Program-made: the position numbers and the translations under genes
Notes under the pieces: model-generated
What the model was told of the DNA's origin: nothing
Database searches by the model: none
What the model saw: only the letters and a program-made list of their open reading frames with translations
Virus record (IMG/VR): IMGVR_UViG_3300034122_002202
Location: 32,001 to 96,000 of that record
Source: a virus
DNA length: 64,000 nucleotides
Direction: 5' to 3' (one strand)
Shown: piece after piece, positions 1-9,610 of the stretch
How positions within the stretch are numbered: the stretch's first letter is position 1
Layout: each line of letters begins with the position of its first letter

Positions 1-1629
1 AAATGGTATACCGAAGGAACCGCATATTATTCGTTTGTAAGAACAACTGTCAGCGTAGTGCCGGTAATAGGCGAACAGGGTTTTCAAGGTTTTCAAGGAA
101 ATCAAGGTAGTCAAGGTTCACAGGGAGAACAAGGATTCCAAGGAGATCAGGGCAGTCAGGGGGAACAGGGTTTTCAAGGTCATCAAGGCGAACAGGGATT
201 TCAAGGTCAACAGGGTTTCCAAGGAAACCAAGGAGATCAAGGACTACAAGGAAATCAAGGTTTACAAGGAAATCAGGGTGAACAAGGCAATCAAGGCAAT
301 CAAGGCGAACAGGGTTTTCAAGGAAATCAAGGGGAACAAGGCTATCAAGGAAATCAAGGTGAACAGGGAGATCAAGGATTTCAAGGTAGTCAAGGAGATC
401 AAGGTTTTCAAGGTGAACAAGGATTCCAAGGAAATCAAGGAGAACAGGGATTTCAAGGTTTTCAAGGAGATCAGGGAAATCAAGGTTGGCAGGGTGAACA
501 AGGTTCACAGGGCGATCAAGGATTCCAAGGAGAACAAGGCAATCAGGGTGAGCAAGGTTTCCAAGGAAATCAAGGCGACCAAGGTTTCCAAGGTGAGCAA
601 GGATTTCAAGGCAATCAAGGATTCCAAGGCGAACAGGGCGAGCAAGGATTTCAAGGAGAACAAGGGAATCAAGGCGATCAAGGTTGGCAGGGCGAACAAG
701 GCAATCAAGGAGAACAGGGAAATCAAGGTGATCAGGGATCACAGGGAGATCAAGGTAATTATGGCAATCAAGGCGACCAAGGATATCAGGGAGCAACTGG
801 TAGCTTTGGCGGTGTAACAGTTGAATATAAAATAGATACAAATAATTATTCAATCAATGATCCAGGCGACAATTATATAAGATTTAATAATGCTTCTCTT
901 GCATCAGCTACGCATGTTATAATTGATGATAATCCAAATAATGCAAACATAGATCTTTCTCTGTTCTTAGCTACAATCGCTGCTTCAACAAGCACTATGA
1001 AAGGTCATTTTAAATTATCCAAGAAAAATGACTCTACAGTATTTGCACTTTACACTATAAGCAATTCTTTAGAGCAAGAGCCTAGCTTCTTTGATGTCAC
1101 AATTTCTTATCTGTCTGGAATCGGAACATTTTCTAATGATGATGAAGTATTGCTCACTTTTGCAAGAACTGGGGATAAGGGCGATACTGGATATCAAGGT
1201 AGCCAAGGATTACAAGGCGTTGTTGGAACCACAGGCAATCAAGGCTCACAAGGCTATCAGGGTGTCGTAGGAACAACTGGTAATCAAGGATCACAAGGAA
1301 ACCAAGGTTATCAGGGTGTTGTTGGAACCATTGGAAACCAAGGCTACCAAGGAGTCGTTGGAACAACTGGATCACAGGGTTCGCAAGGTTTTCAAGGAGT
1401 CGTTGGAACAACAGGAAACCAAGGCTCACAAGGCAACCAAGGGTATCAAGGTTACCAAGGTGTAACTGGCCCAGTTGCCGGAACTGCTAATCAAGTTGTT
1501 TATAAAAATATAACTAACGATGCTGCTGGTTCTTCAAATTTTACTTTTGATGGAACAAATGCAGTACTTGCTGGAAGCTTATCATCTTCGGCAATAATCG
1601 GTGCGGATATAGATGGGGGTGCATTCTAA
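1..1629 (+). CDS. Collagen-like tail fibre protein (5' truncated by window)
   Basis: Frame is open from base 1 (KWYTEGTAYYSFVRTTVSVVPVIGEQG...), so the ORF-track start at 58 is not the true start. About 80 Gly-X-Gln triplets, a globular insert (DPGDNYIRFNN...LTFARTGDKG), a second collagen run, and C-terminal DIDGGAF. Confidence 0.8.
   Translation, partial: KWYTEGTAYYSFVRTTVSVVPVIGEQGFQGFQGNQGSQGSQGEQGFQGDQGSQGEQGFQGHQGEQGFQGQQGFQGNQGDQGLQGNQGLQGNQGEQGNQGNQGEQGFQGNQGEQGYQGNQGEQGDQGFQGSQGDQGFQGEQGFQGNQGEQGFQGFQGDQGNQGWQGEQGSQGDQGFQGEQGNQGEQGFQGNQGDQGFQGEQGFQGNQGFQGEQGEQGFQGEQGNQGDQGWQGEQGNQGEQGNQGDQGSQGDQGNYGNQGDQGYQGATGSFGGVTVEYKIDTNNYSINDPGDNYIRFNNASLASATHVIIDDNPNNANIDLSLFLATIAASTSTMKGHFKLSKKNDSTVFALYTISNSLEQEPSFFDVTISYLSGIGTFSNDDEVLLTFARTGDKGDTGYQGSQGLQGVVGTTGNQGSQGYQGVVGTTGNQGSQGNQGYQGVVGTIGNQGYQGVVGTTGSQGSQGFQGVVGTTGNQGSQGNQGYQGYQGVTGPVAGTANQVVYKNITNDAAGSSNFTFDGTNAVLAGSLSSSAIIGADIDGGAF
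70..801 (+). repeat. Gly-X-Gln collagen repeat (9-bp periodicity)
   Basis: Uninterrupted GEQ/GFQ/GNQ/GDQ/GSQ/GWQ/GYQ triplets; DNA pattern caagg-nnnn. Confidence 0.95.
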
Positions 1630-3854
1630 TGCCTAGCGTTTGCGTTTCTGGTGCTGGTAACCCTGTTGCAAATGGAACCTATACACAAAGTGGCAGCGTA
1701 TGGATAAAAGATGTAAACACAAGCATAGAATATGAAAATGACTATGGTGACAGAGACTATGCTTGGATGTTACGATATCAGGGCAATTTATTATATCAAA
1801 GTGCATCAGCTTCAGCTACACCAGCAACTACTGGATGGGTAACTGTTTATGGCACTGCTCCTGCACCAACAGTTACAGCAGGAGCATGTGCAGAACCTAC
1901 TACTACAACTACTACAACAACTGCTGAACCTACTACAACTACTACAACTACTACTACAGCAGCACCTTTAGTTGACCCATACTGTGTTTCTGGTGCTGGA
2001 ACCGCTGTTGCTAACGGAACATACACTTTTGTAAATAGTTCGTACAACATGTTTATGTCTGGATATTGGCAGCATGTGAGCGAGATAAATTTGAAGATGG
2101 GCTATGGCATGATGGGGTCGTATGAAATCTACAATGATTACACTAGACTTTATTACGCATCGACCTTAACTGGCACTTGGACTGTAGATTATGGTACTGG
2201 ACCTGCACCAACAGTAGCATCAGGGGAGTGTGGAACAACTACTACCACTACTACTTCAGCACCAACTACTACAACTACTACTACTGCTGCACCAACTACT
2301 ACAACTACTACAACTACTACTACTGCTGCACCTACGACTACAACCACAACAACACTACCTCCAGATAAAATTCGTATTAAAAGATCTAGTACATCTTCTT
2401 CTGTTCCTGCTACACTTTTATTGGGTGAATTAGGGATAAATATAGTAGATCAAAAAGTTTGGGTTGGAAACAGTAGCGAAGTTCCTGTTGTGTTGTCAGA
2501 TTATCAAAATACTTTTGTATATCAAGGGGATTGGGATCTTGCTGTTAATTACAAAAAGAACGATGTGGTAAAACGGAATGGTTCTTTTTATATGACCACT
2601 CGTTCTGTTGCTAACAATGGAGTAGACCCCGCTACAGATAACGGAACAGGTGGTTGGCAAATATTTTCTAACACTGTTGGAAACCAAGGATTTCAAGGAA
2701 GCCAAGGACTACAAGGTTTGCAAGGCAATCAAGGTGCAGCAGGAACTAATGGATCTCAGGGGAACCAAGGTTACCAAGGTGTCGTTGGAACTACTGGTTC
2801 ACAAGGTTTACAAGGATTGCAAGGTGCATCAGGAAACAATGGATCGCAAGGTTTTCAAGGATTAACTGGAACAGGGAATCAAGGTTGGCAAGGTGAACAG
2901 GGATGGCAAGGACATCAAGGGGATCAAGGATGGCAGGGCGATCAAGGATTCCAAGGAAGACAAGGTTTTCAAGGTCATCAAGGGGATCAGGGTTGGCAGG
3001 GTGATCAAGGTTTTCAAGGCATAACAGGAACAGGCAATCAAGGCAATCAAGGTTTTCAAGGTATAACAGGAACAGGGAATCAAGGTTCTCAAGGAAACCA
3101 AGGTTCACAAGGCAATCAAGGAAATCAAGGCACACAAGGATTTCAAGGTCAACAAGGAAACCAAGGATTTCAAGGAAACCAAGGATTTCAAGGAAATCAA
3201 GGCACAACCGGAACGGCTGCTACTGCTGGGGGGTCTAGTGGGCAATTTCAATACAAAAATGTATCTGGGGGACTTTCTGGGGCTGCTGCATTAACTTATC
3301 AAGCTGTAGCTGGAGATGATATAGGTGTTTACGCTACTTCTAGTTCTCAAGTTCCACTTGTTGTCCAAGGAGCAACTAGTCAAACCAACAATCTTTTTGA
3401 AATTAGATCTTCAAATGCAACAGTTCTTTTATATGTTACTCAATCTGGTGGTTTAAATGTTAGTGGTGGAGACATAGTAGTAGCTGATAGCAATTTAGTT
3501 ATCAAAAATAGTGGTAATGGTCGAACAATCACAATAGCAAAACCTTCTACATTTGCAGCCAGTTATACGCTAACTTTACCTCAGAATGCAGGAACAGCTA
3601 ATTATGCACTTGTAACTAACGGGTCAGGTACATTATCATGGGCTTCAAGTGTTTTAAGTGCAACTAATCTCGCTGGTGGTGGTGCAGGGCAGATACCTTA
3701 CAATACTGCATCTGGTGCAACAAGCTTTCTTGCTGCTGGAACAGCGGGGCAAGTATTGCAATCCAATGGAACAGCAGCACCTTCTTGGGGTACACAAACT
3801 TCTAAGTCATCAGGAAGCGATATTTTCTTAGCTAACAATTTTGGAGGTTTATAA
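1629..3854 (+). CDS. Multidomain collagen-like fibre/adhesin protein
   Basis: Two copies of a CVSGAG..ANGTY module, poly-Thr linkers, an Mtd_N/hyaluronidase-like segment (KIRIKRS...GELGINIVDQKVWVG), a CBM5/12-like motif (YQGDW...YKKNDVV..NGSFY), G-X-Q collagen, and a fibre-type C-terminus. TAATG coupling to the upstream gene. Confidence 0.75.
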   Translation: MPSVCVSGAGNPVANGTYTQSGSVWIKDVNTSIEYENDYGDRDYAWMLRYQGNLLYQSASASATPATTGWVTVYGTAPAPTVTAGACAEPTTTTTTTTAEPTTTTTTTTTAAPLVDPYCVSGAGTAVANGTYTFVNSSYNMFMSGYWQHVSEINLKMGYGMMGSYEIYNDYTRLYYASTLTGTWTVDYGTGPAPTVASGECGTTTTTTTSAPTTTTTTTAAPTTTTTTTTTTAAPTTTTTTTLPPDKIRIKRSSTSSSVPATLLLGELGINIVDQKVWVGNSSEVPVVLSDYQNTFVYQGDWDLAVNYKKNDVVKRNGSFYMTTRSVANNGVDPATDNGTGGWQIFSNTVGNQGFQGSQGLQGLQGNQGAAGTNGSQGNQGYQGVVGTTGSQGLQGLQGASGNNGSQGFQGLTGTGNQGWQGEQGWQGHQGDQGWQGDQGFQGRQGFQGHQGDQGWQGDQGFQGITGTGNQGNQGFQGITGTGNQGSQGNQGSQGNQGNQGTQGFQGQQGNQGFQGNQGFQGNQGTTGTAATAGGSSGQFQYKNVSGGLSGAAALTYQAVAGDDIGVYATSSSQVPLVVQGATSQTNNLFEIRSSNATVLLYVTQSGGLNVSGGDIVVADSNLVIKNSGNGRTITIAKPSTFAASYTLTLPQNAGTANYALVTNGSGTLSWASSVLSATNLAGGGAGQIPYNTASGATSFLAAGTAGQVLQSNGTAAPSWGTQTSKSSGSDIFLANNFGGL

Positions 3855-3856
3855 CT

Positions 3857-4303
3857 ATGCCAGTGACATCAACACCTATTTTTCCTCAAGCCCCATACTT
3901 TGTTGCAAAAACACTTGCAGCACAAACAGCATGTACAACTAGAGGCCCAACAGCAACGGCTAGCCTTGCAGCAGCTAACATCATCGAAGTTGTGCCGACT
4001 TCTACCAATGGCCTAAGAATTGATAGCATCCAAGTCAATGCTTGTTCTACTTCTTTTACTGCACCTACCGCTGGTAATATCGTAGGCATATGGGTATGGG
4101 ATGGCACTACAGCTTATTTGTTTACAGAAATACTTGTGACCGCTGTAACTCCTTCAACTACTGTTGCTGGATTTACTACTACATTGACTTTTGCCAACCC
4201 TCTTGTTTTACCATCTACATTTAAACTTTTTGCCTCCGTTAGTGTTACTACTACCGCTAGCACTACTGCATTGCAAGTTTGTGTAATGGGGGGAAGTTAT
4301 TAA
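3857..4303 (+). CDS. Small beta-rich virion/fibre-associated protein
   Basis: GGAGG RBS; 148 aa; lies between fibre and collar genes. Confidence 0.55.
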   Translation: MPVTSTPIFPQAPYFVAKTLAAQTACTTRGPTATASLAAANIIEVVPTSTNGLRIDSIQVNACSTSFTAPTAGNIVGIWVWDGTTAYLFTEILVTAVTPSTTVAGFTTTLTFANPLVLPSTFKLFASVSVTTTASTTALQVCVMGGSY

Positions 4304-4989
4304 TGGCTGGAGCGTTTAACTATGGCATGATACCAAGCAATTCGCCAAAGGGTTCTGCGTTTCAAGCAGTCCAAGAAACTACTATATCGTCTGGTATTAT
4401 TCAAATGTTTGCTGGTTCTACTGCTCCAAATGGGTGGCTTATATGTGATGGAAGTACTGTTAGTAGAAAGACTTATGGCGATTTATTTAAAGTTATTGGA
4501 ACCACATATGGGGCTGGCAATTCCAATACTACATTTGCATTACCAGATATGAGAGGGCGATTACCCATAGGTGCTGGAACAGGCACATCTTTGACAACTA
4601 GAACTTTAGGGGCGAATTTGGGTGCAGAGACAGTAACATTAGCACAAACAAATCTTCCACCACATACCCATACCGCTACAGTTGGAACACAAAGTGCTAA
4701 TCATACTCACACAGGTACAAGCGGTGGTCAAAGTGTAAATCATACACATAGCTATGGTTTACCGATAGGAACTACTGGAGCTACAAATGGTATTATAGAT
4801 TCGCTTACTGCTAGTAGTTCGGGAACACCGCAAACAGGTGGTAATTCTGTTGGTCATACTCATTCAACTACATTCGGAACTCAAAGTGCTACGCATACAC
4901 ATACAGTTACCAATTCAAACACAGGTAGTGGAACGCCATTTGGAATTATGCCCCCATCAATAGCTATTAATTTTATTATAAAGATATAG
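4303..4989 (+). CDS. Phage tail-collar domain protein with HxH needle, paralogue 1
   Basis: Collar motif GIIQMFAG..AP.GWLICDG...LF..IGTTYG....F.LPDMRGR and five HxH motifs. Start moved to ATG 4303 (TAATG overlap; matches the paralogue N-termini). Confidence 0.9.
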   Translation: MAGAFNYGMIPSNSPKGSAFQAVQETTISSGIIQMFAGSTAPNGWLICDGSTVSRKTYGDLFKVIGTTYGAGNSNTTFALPDMRGRLPIGAGTGTSLTTRTLGANLGAETVTLAQTNLPPHTHTATVGTQSANHTHTGTSGGQSVNHTHSYGLPIGTTGATNGIIDSLTASSSGTPQTGGNSVGHTHSTTFGTQSATHTHTVTNSNTGSGTPFGIMPPSIAINFIIKI

Positions 4990-5028
4990 GTGAAAATTGG
5001 CTGGATCTTTTTCTTATAATTCGATACC
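4967..5028 (+). repeat. 62-bp perfect direct repeat, copy 1 (junction of collar genes 1 and 2)
   Basis: ttaattttattataaagatataggtgaaaattggctggatctttttcttataattcgatacc is identical to 5658-5719. Confidence 0.95.
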
Positions 5029-5680
5029 CACTAACTTCCCTAAAGGTAGTTCTTTTGAGCCTATAAAAACACCAATCATACCGACTGGTGTAATAGAAAT
5101 GTTTGCTGGTTCTGTTGCTCCAATTGGATGGTTGATTTGTGATGGAAGTATTGTGAGTAGAGTAGCTTTTAGCGATTTATTTAAAATTATAGGCACTACT
5201 TATGGTTCTGGAAATTCTAATAGTACATTTACTTTACCAGACATGAGAGGCAGACTACCTATTGGTGTTGGTTCTGGTTCTGGTTTAACCACAAGGACAT
5301 TAGCAGCAACTCTTGGTTCAGAAACAGCGACATTAGCAGAAACCAATTTGCCTTCTCACACACATGCAACTACAGTAGGAACAGAAAGTGTTACGCATAC
5401 ACACACAGGAACAAGTGGAGGTGAAAGTGCAAATCATGTACACAACTTTTCTCATACTGCGGGTACATCTGGTTCATATGGGTTAATGGACTCAGGAACA
5501 GCTAGTAGTTCTGGTCAACCTAATACTGGTGGCATTCAGCAAAACCATACTCATGCTACTACGACAGGAACAGAAAGTGCTACCCATAACCATTCGGTGT
5601 CTAATTCTAATACTGGAAGTGGAACAGCATTTGGTATTATGCCTCCATCCATAGTTGTTAATTTTATTATAAAGATATAG
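4997..5680 (+). CDS. Phage tail-collar domain protein with HxH needle, paralogue 2
   Basis: TTG start after AGGTG RBS; same collar motif and five HxH motifs; ends VNFIIKI. Confidence 0.9.
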   Translation: MAGSFSYNSIPTNFPKGSSFEPIKTPIIPTGVIEMFAGSVAPIGWLICDGSIVSRVAFSDLFKIIGTTYGSGNSNSTFTLPDMRGRLPIGVGSGSGLTTRTLAATLGSETATLAETNLPSHTHATTVGTESVTHTHTGTSGGESANHVHNFSHTAGTSGSYGLMDSGTASSSGQPNTGGIQQNHTHATTTGTESATHNHSVSNSNTGSGTAFGIMPPSIVVNFIIKI

Positions 5681-5719
5681 GTGAAAATTGGCTGGATCTT
5701 TTTCTTATAATTCGATACC
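5658..5719 (+). repeat. 62-bp perfect direct repeat, copy 2 (junction of collar genes 2 and 3)
   Basis: Identical to 4967-5028, offset 691 bp. Confidence 0.95.
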
Positions 5720-6371
5720 AACTAACTCCCCTAAAGGTAGCTCCTTTCAAGGTTTACAATCATCCATTACTCCTATTGGTGTTATAAGATTTTTTGCTGG
5801 ATCTGTAGTTCCTAACGGATGGCTTTTATGCAATGGAAGTACTGTTAGCAGAAAAGCTTATGGCGATTTATTTAAAGTAATAGGAACAACTTTTGGTGCT
5901 GGCAATTCTAATGACACTTTTACTTTGCCTGATATGAGAGGCAGGATTCCAATTTGTGCAGGAACAGGCACTTCTTTAACCACTAGAACTTTAGGGTCAA
6001 ATGTAGGAGCAGAAACCGCAACACTATCTGAAGCTAATATGGCTTCTCATACTCATACAGCCACAGTAGGAACGCAAACCGCTAATCATACACACTCAGG
6101 AACAAGTGGTACAGTGTCTGCTGATCATACGCATGGTTGGGGAAGAAATGTGGGATCGTTTGGATCATATGGCTTAAGAGATGGCACGAATAGAAGTGCT
6201 AATGGAACCCCTAATACGCAAGGAGCACATCAAGATCATAGTCATGGTACTACTACTGGAACTGAAAGTGCTAATCATAATCATACAGTTACAAATTCCA
6301 GTACTGGAGGTGGAACTGCATTCGGGATTATTCCACCAGCGATAGTTGTTAATTTCATCATAAAAGCATAG
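5688..6371 (+). CDS. Phage tail-collar domain protein with HxH needle, paralogue 3
   Basis: TTG start; collar motif; five HxH motifs; ends VNFIIKA. Confidence 0.9.
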   Translation: MAGSFSYNSIPTNSPKGSSFQGLQSSITPIGVIRFFAGSVVPNGWLLCNGSTVSRKAYGDLFKVIGTTFGAGNSNDTFTLPDMRGRIPICAGTGTSLTTRTLGSNVGAETATLSEANMASHTHTATVGTQTANHTHSGTSGTVSADHTHGWGRNVGSFGSYGLRDGTNRSANGTPNTQGAHQDHSHGTTTGTESANHNHTVTNSSTGGGTAFGIIPPAIVVNFIIKA

Positions 6372-6379
6372 GAGCAAAA

Positions 6380-6940
6380 ATGTTAAGCTTAAGTATCATA
6401 CTGACAAATAGGATAGATAACTCTGGAATAGCAACAGAGGACATATACAACATCAATCTGATTAAAACAAATTCAGATGGTGTTTCAAGAAATATAACCA
6501 TGCCAGTTTTACTTGACTCAGAAATTGGCAAATTTATATCTAAGCTTGCTGATCAAACATGGGATTATATAGCTGCTGCACCTCCAGATGCTCTCTCTCA
6601 AGCAAAGGCGTGGTCATTTCAAAATATAGACAATGAATGGGCAGCTTTAGAAAAAGTTGGTTGGGATTCTGGTCGTGGCTATCGTTTAGGCATTTCACCT
6701 TCTGATGTGGCACTTCTTGTGGGTGTATTTTCTCTTGCAAAAGAGGCAGCAGCATTGGGCCTAGAACTTCCCAACCTAATTAGCATGGATAATACGCCTG
6801 TTGTTTTCTCGTCTATAGAAGAAATGACCGCTGTTCTTTTAGAATATGGTCAAGCTCGTTCAATCTTAGCTAGCACCTTTGCAGAAAAAAGAAAGGTAGT
6901 AGAGAATGCCACAGAAGTTGGAGTGACAGGTGTAATTTAA
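6380..6940 (+). CDS. Putative tail fibre assembly protein (DUF4376-like)
   Basis: AGGAG RBS; follows the fibre genes; helical C-terminal half ending ...RKVVENAT resembles DUF4376-type proteins. Confidence 0.45.
   Translation: MLSLSIILTNRIDNSGIATEDIYNINLIKTNSDGVSRNITMPVLLDSEIGKFISKLADQTWDYIAAAPPDALSQAKAWSFQNIDNEWAALEKVGWDSGRGYRLGISPSDVALLVGVFSLAKEAAALGLELPNLISMDNTPVVFSSIEEMTAVLLEYGQARSILASTFAEKRKVVENATEVGVTGVI
6929..6940 (+). promoter_or_regulatory. Putative late-promoter motif GGTGTAATTTAA
   Basis: Instance of the recurring GGTGTA(T/A) motif, upstream of the holin-like gene. Confidence 0.45.
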
Positions 6941-6975
6941 TGTAGGCACAACTACATTATTTGGGGGTTAGAACA

Positions 6976-7263
6976 ATGGATGATAAAGACTTTATCCTAT
7001 TAATTGAACGATTAGGTGTTTCTTGCAGCTTTTTAATATTCTTTGTTTGGACAACCTATAGAGCATCTACTTGGTTGGGTGAGAAGATCATCCTTCCTTT
7101 GCATGATAGACACATCAAATTTATAGATAGGTTGGAAAATGGTCTAGAAAGTGTGGTCAAAAGCCAAGAAAACACTATGGACATACTTAATCAGATATTG
7201 TTGAACACTAGGGAATTACACGAACTCAAAAGGAATAAAAAGGAAACTGCCAATGCAGAATGA
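6976..7263 (+). CDS. Holin-like small membrane protein
   Basis: One N-terminal hydrophobic helix (LGVSCSFLIFFVW) followed by a coiled-coil, basic tail; ATG 6976 after a GGGGG RBS. Confidence 0.5.
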   Translation: MDDKDFILLIERLGVSCSFLIFFVWTTYRASTWLGEKIILPLHDRHIKFIDRLENGLESVVKSQENTMDILNQILLNTRELHELKRNKKETANAE

Positions 7264-7366
7264 GATTATTTACACAAACGACACCATTGTTGCTGTACAA
7301 TACACTGTATTAAATAGCAATGAGTGTACTTACATATATACAAGTGGGTTTGTTTATGGCATGTGA
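7253..7366 (+). CDS. Small hypothetical protein (37 aa, not in ORF track)
   Basis: AAGGA RBS; [37 protein letters not shown]; overlaps both neighbours and fills the gap. Confidence 0.4.
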   Translation: MQNEIIYTNDTIVAVQYTVLNSNECTYIYTSGFVYGM

Positions 7367-7604
7367 TTGTGCTCCAGATCAAGGTGCTGTTTATCCACCA
7401 AATTATGTTGGTGCAGCAGTAAATGCAGCTTCGTTGTTGCTCATAGAATGTGCTGATTGTTATGGGAGATGTGTTTATAAAATGCAAACTATTAATCAAA
7501 TAGCTACTTGGGTTTTAGATGCTAATACTTGTTCTGAAACAATGCCTTCTGATGGAACTAGTCCATCTTCAAGCATGAGTGTAATTTATATTGCTTGGGA
7601 ATAA
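7356..7604 (+). CDS. Small Cys-rich protein
   Basis: [10 protein letters not shown]...CADCYGRC..W...C; start ATG 7356 overlaps the end of the 37-aa ORF. Confidence 0.55.
   Translation: MACDCAPDQGAVYPPNYVGAAVNAASLLLIECADCYGRCVYKMQTINQIATWVLDANTCSETMPSDGTSPSSSMSVIYIAWE
7578..7590 (+). promoter_or_regulatory. Putative late-promoter motif variant AGTGTAATTTATA
   Basis: Variant of the recurring motif, about 30 nt before the protease ATG. Confidence 0.35.
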
Positions 7605-7606
7605 TA

Positions 7607-9607
7607 ATGAAGTTAACTGATGAGATAAAGAATAAAATACAAGAATTATATGACTTAACACCAGATGATGTTCATGGTGTTTCTTTTGGTTTTAAACATA
7701 CAAATAATATTAACACTGGAAAAGTTGGGGTTGTTTTTAATGTAATAAAAAAATTAAATGAAAATGAGTTAGGAAACAATGAAATACTTCCAAAAACTAT
7801 TCGTGTAGATGGTATTGACATAATAACAGATGTTGTAGAATCAGAACCCATAAAAGGTTTAGCTTGCTACAACGATTTATATGGTCAACCACTAGAATAT
7901 TTTAATTTTACTTCTACAAATACAAATGTTACTAGATTAAGTGGTAGTTATGGTATGATAACACCATTTCAAGGTGGTCAAGAAATATCTCGTTTTCCAG
8001 ATAAATATTCTGGGAGTTGGTTTACAACAAAACCTTATATAAACACTAATGTTGGAACGCTTGGTTTTTGGGCAACAGATGAAATAGACAATAAAGTTGT
8101 TGGTGTTACTAATGCACATGTTGCAATTTCAGACTTCATAATTGCATCAGATAGAGACACACAAAAAGAATTAGATTATACATATAATATTTATGATGAA
8201 TTAGAATGGTTTATTGACAAAAAAAAACATAGACCAGGACTTTTTAGTTTTGATAATGACAGCACTAAAAAAGTTATCCGTATAGGTTCTACTAAAAGAT
8301 ATTATCCAGTTAGTTTAACAAATGCTAACTATATTGATGCTGCACTTTATTATCCAGAAAATATAAGTCATATTAATCATATTCATACCCCAACAACTAA
8401 TCCAGATAGTTATTCTTTAGAATATCCTTTTGCAACAACAGAAGAGATAGATGATTTACTATTTAATCCAACAGAAGTTTATAGTACTGGTAGAACTACT
8501 GGCCCAAAAGGTTGGAATACTTGTAAATTACAAATACAATCTATAGGTTTTTCAACTACAATTGGTTATGACGATATAAGAGGATCTAGTGTTTCTGGAG
8601 TTTCATATTCTGATTGCATACAATTTAAATATCAGCCTAGTTATAATAATTCTTTTTGGCCAGTTTTTTCTGGAGATTCTGGATCTGCATTAGTTAAAGT
8701 TATTAATGGCGTTAAAAAAATTATAGGTTTGGTTTTTGCTGGAGGAAGATTTGATGGTATAGCTGCAAGAATAGATAGAGTTGCATCTTTAATGAAGATA
8801 AAGGCTTATGATAGTGCATCATCAACCACACCATCGACACCTACTATTTATTCAATTAGTGTTACAGACCCAAGAATAAGCCAGCCAACATTAACTATAG
8901 ATGGAAAATTATATTATCAAGCTGGATTTAGAAGTTTGGGTGGTGCAACTCCCACCCCGACTCCTACGCCAACACCTAGTCCGACTCCTAGTCCAACACC
9001 TACGCCTACACCAACACCAACACCAACACCAACACCGACTCCTACGCCAACACCAACGCCTACACCGAGTCCAACACCGACTCCTACGCCAACACCAACG
9101 CCTACACCGAGTCCAACACCGACTCCTACGCCAACGCCTACACCAACGCCAGTACCGACTCCTACGCCAACACCAACGCCTACACCGAGTCCAACACCGA
9201 CTCCTACGCCAACGCCTACACCAACGCCAGTACCGACTCCTACGCCTAGCCCAACGCCAGTTGCTATACCAGAAAACAACATAAAATATAATGCTGGCGA
9301 AACATTAGACTTAAGATTAACAGATGATTATTATGCAATAGATGGTAGGGGTATAAACTTTATTTCTGATGATTATCCAAATTTAAGTGAAGTAACATCA
9401 ATGTTTTATGTTGATGGCAAAATAAATTTTTCAAAGACAATTTCTTATATTGATAGCAAAACTTTAAGACTTGAACTTAGCAGCACAAACTTACAAAGTA
9501 TTGGTGCTGGAAGATGGTCTTATGAAATTAGATCTATTTTTCCTAGTGGTCATACTGTGACAATTAGTGTTGGCAATTTAATTATCACGCCAGCATTTGG
9601 AGATTAA
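7607..9607 (+). CDS. Trypsin-like (Nal1-like, clan PA) serine protease with Thr-Pro linker and C-terminal putative anchor domain
   Basis: Catalytic triad motifs TNAHV, IDAAL and GDSGS; Nal1-type N-domain (VHGVSFGFK...LPKTI..DG...TDVVE); about 100-aa (TP)n linker; C-terminal domain shared with 12866..16474. Confidence 0.85.
   Translation: MKLTDEIKNKIQELYDLTPDDVHGVSFGFKHTNNINTGKVGVVFNVIKKLNENELGNNEILPKTIRVDGIDIITDVVESEPIKGLACYNDLYGQPLEYFNFTSTNTNVTRLSGSYGMITPFQGGQEISRFPDKYSGSWFTTKPYINTNVGTLGFWATDEIDNKVVGVTNAHVAISDFIIASDRDTQKELDYTYNIYDELEWFIDKKKHRPGLFSFDNDSTKKVIRIGSTKRYYPVSLTNANYIDAALYYPENISHINHIHTPTTNPDSYSLEYPFATTEEIDDLLFNPTEVYSTGRTTGPKGWNTCKLQIQSIGFSTTIGYDDIRGSSVSGVSYSDCIQFKYQPSYNNSFWPVFSGDSGSALVKVINGVKKIIGLVFAGGRFDGIAARIDRVASLMKIKAYDSASSTTPSTPTIYSISVTDPRISQPTLTIDGKLYYQAGFRSLGGATPTPTPTPTPSPTPSPTPTPTPTPTPTPTPTPTPTPTPTPSPTPTPTPTPTPTPSPTPTPTPTPTPTPVPTPTPTPTPTPSPTPTPTPTPTPTPVPTPTPSPTPVAIPENNIKYNAGETLDLRLTDDYYAIDGRGINFISDDYPNLSEVTSMFYVDGKINFSKTISYIDSKTLRLELSSTNLQSIGAGRWSYEIRSIFPSGHTVTISVGNLIITPAFGD
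8948..9259 (+). repeat. (Thr-Pro)n linker repeat
   Basis: About 50 TP/SP dipeptides with 42-bp higher-order units. Confidence 0.95.
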
Positions 9608-9610
9608 AAA

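Noticed and set aside
50-3207. Antisense and alternate-frame ORFs over the collagen repeats (e.g. 50..853 -, 278..817 +, 2791..3207 -)
   Set aside because: Shadows of the 9-bp periodic repeat, which lacks stops in those frames; no RBS or plausible protein.
4303-6371. Diversity-generating retroelement or invertase shufflon acting on the collar paralogues
   Set aside because: No reverse transcriptase or recombinase in the window; differences are not adenine-specific; the repeats are direct, not inverted.
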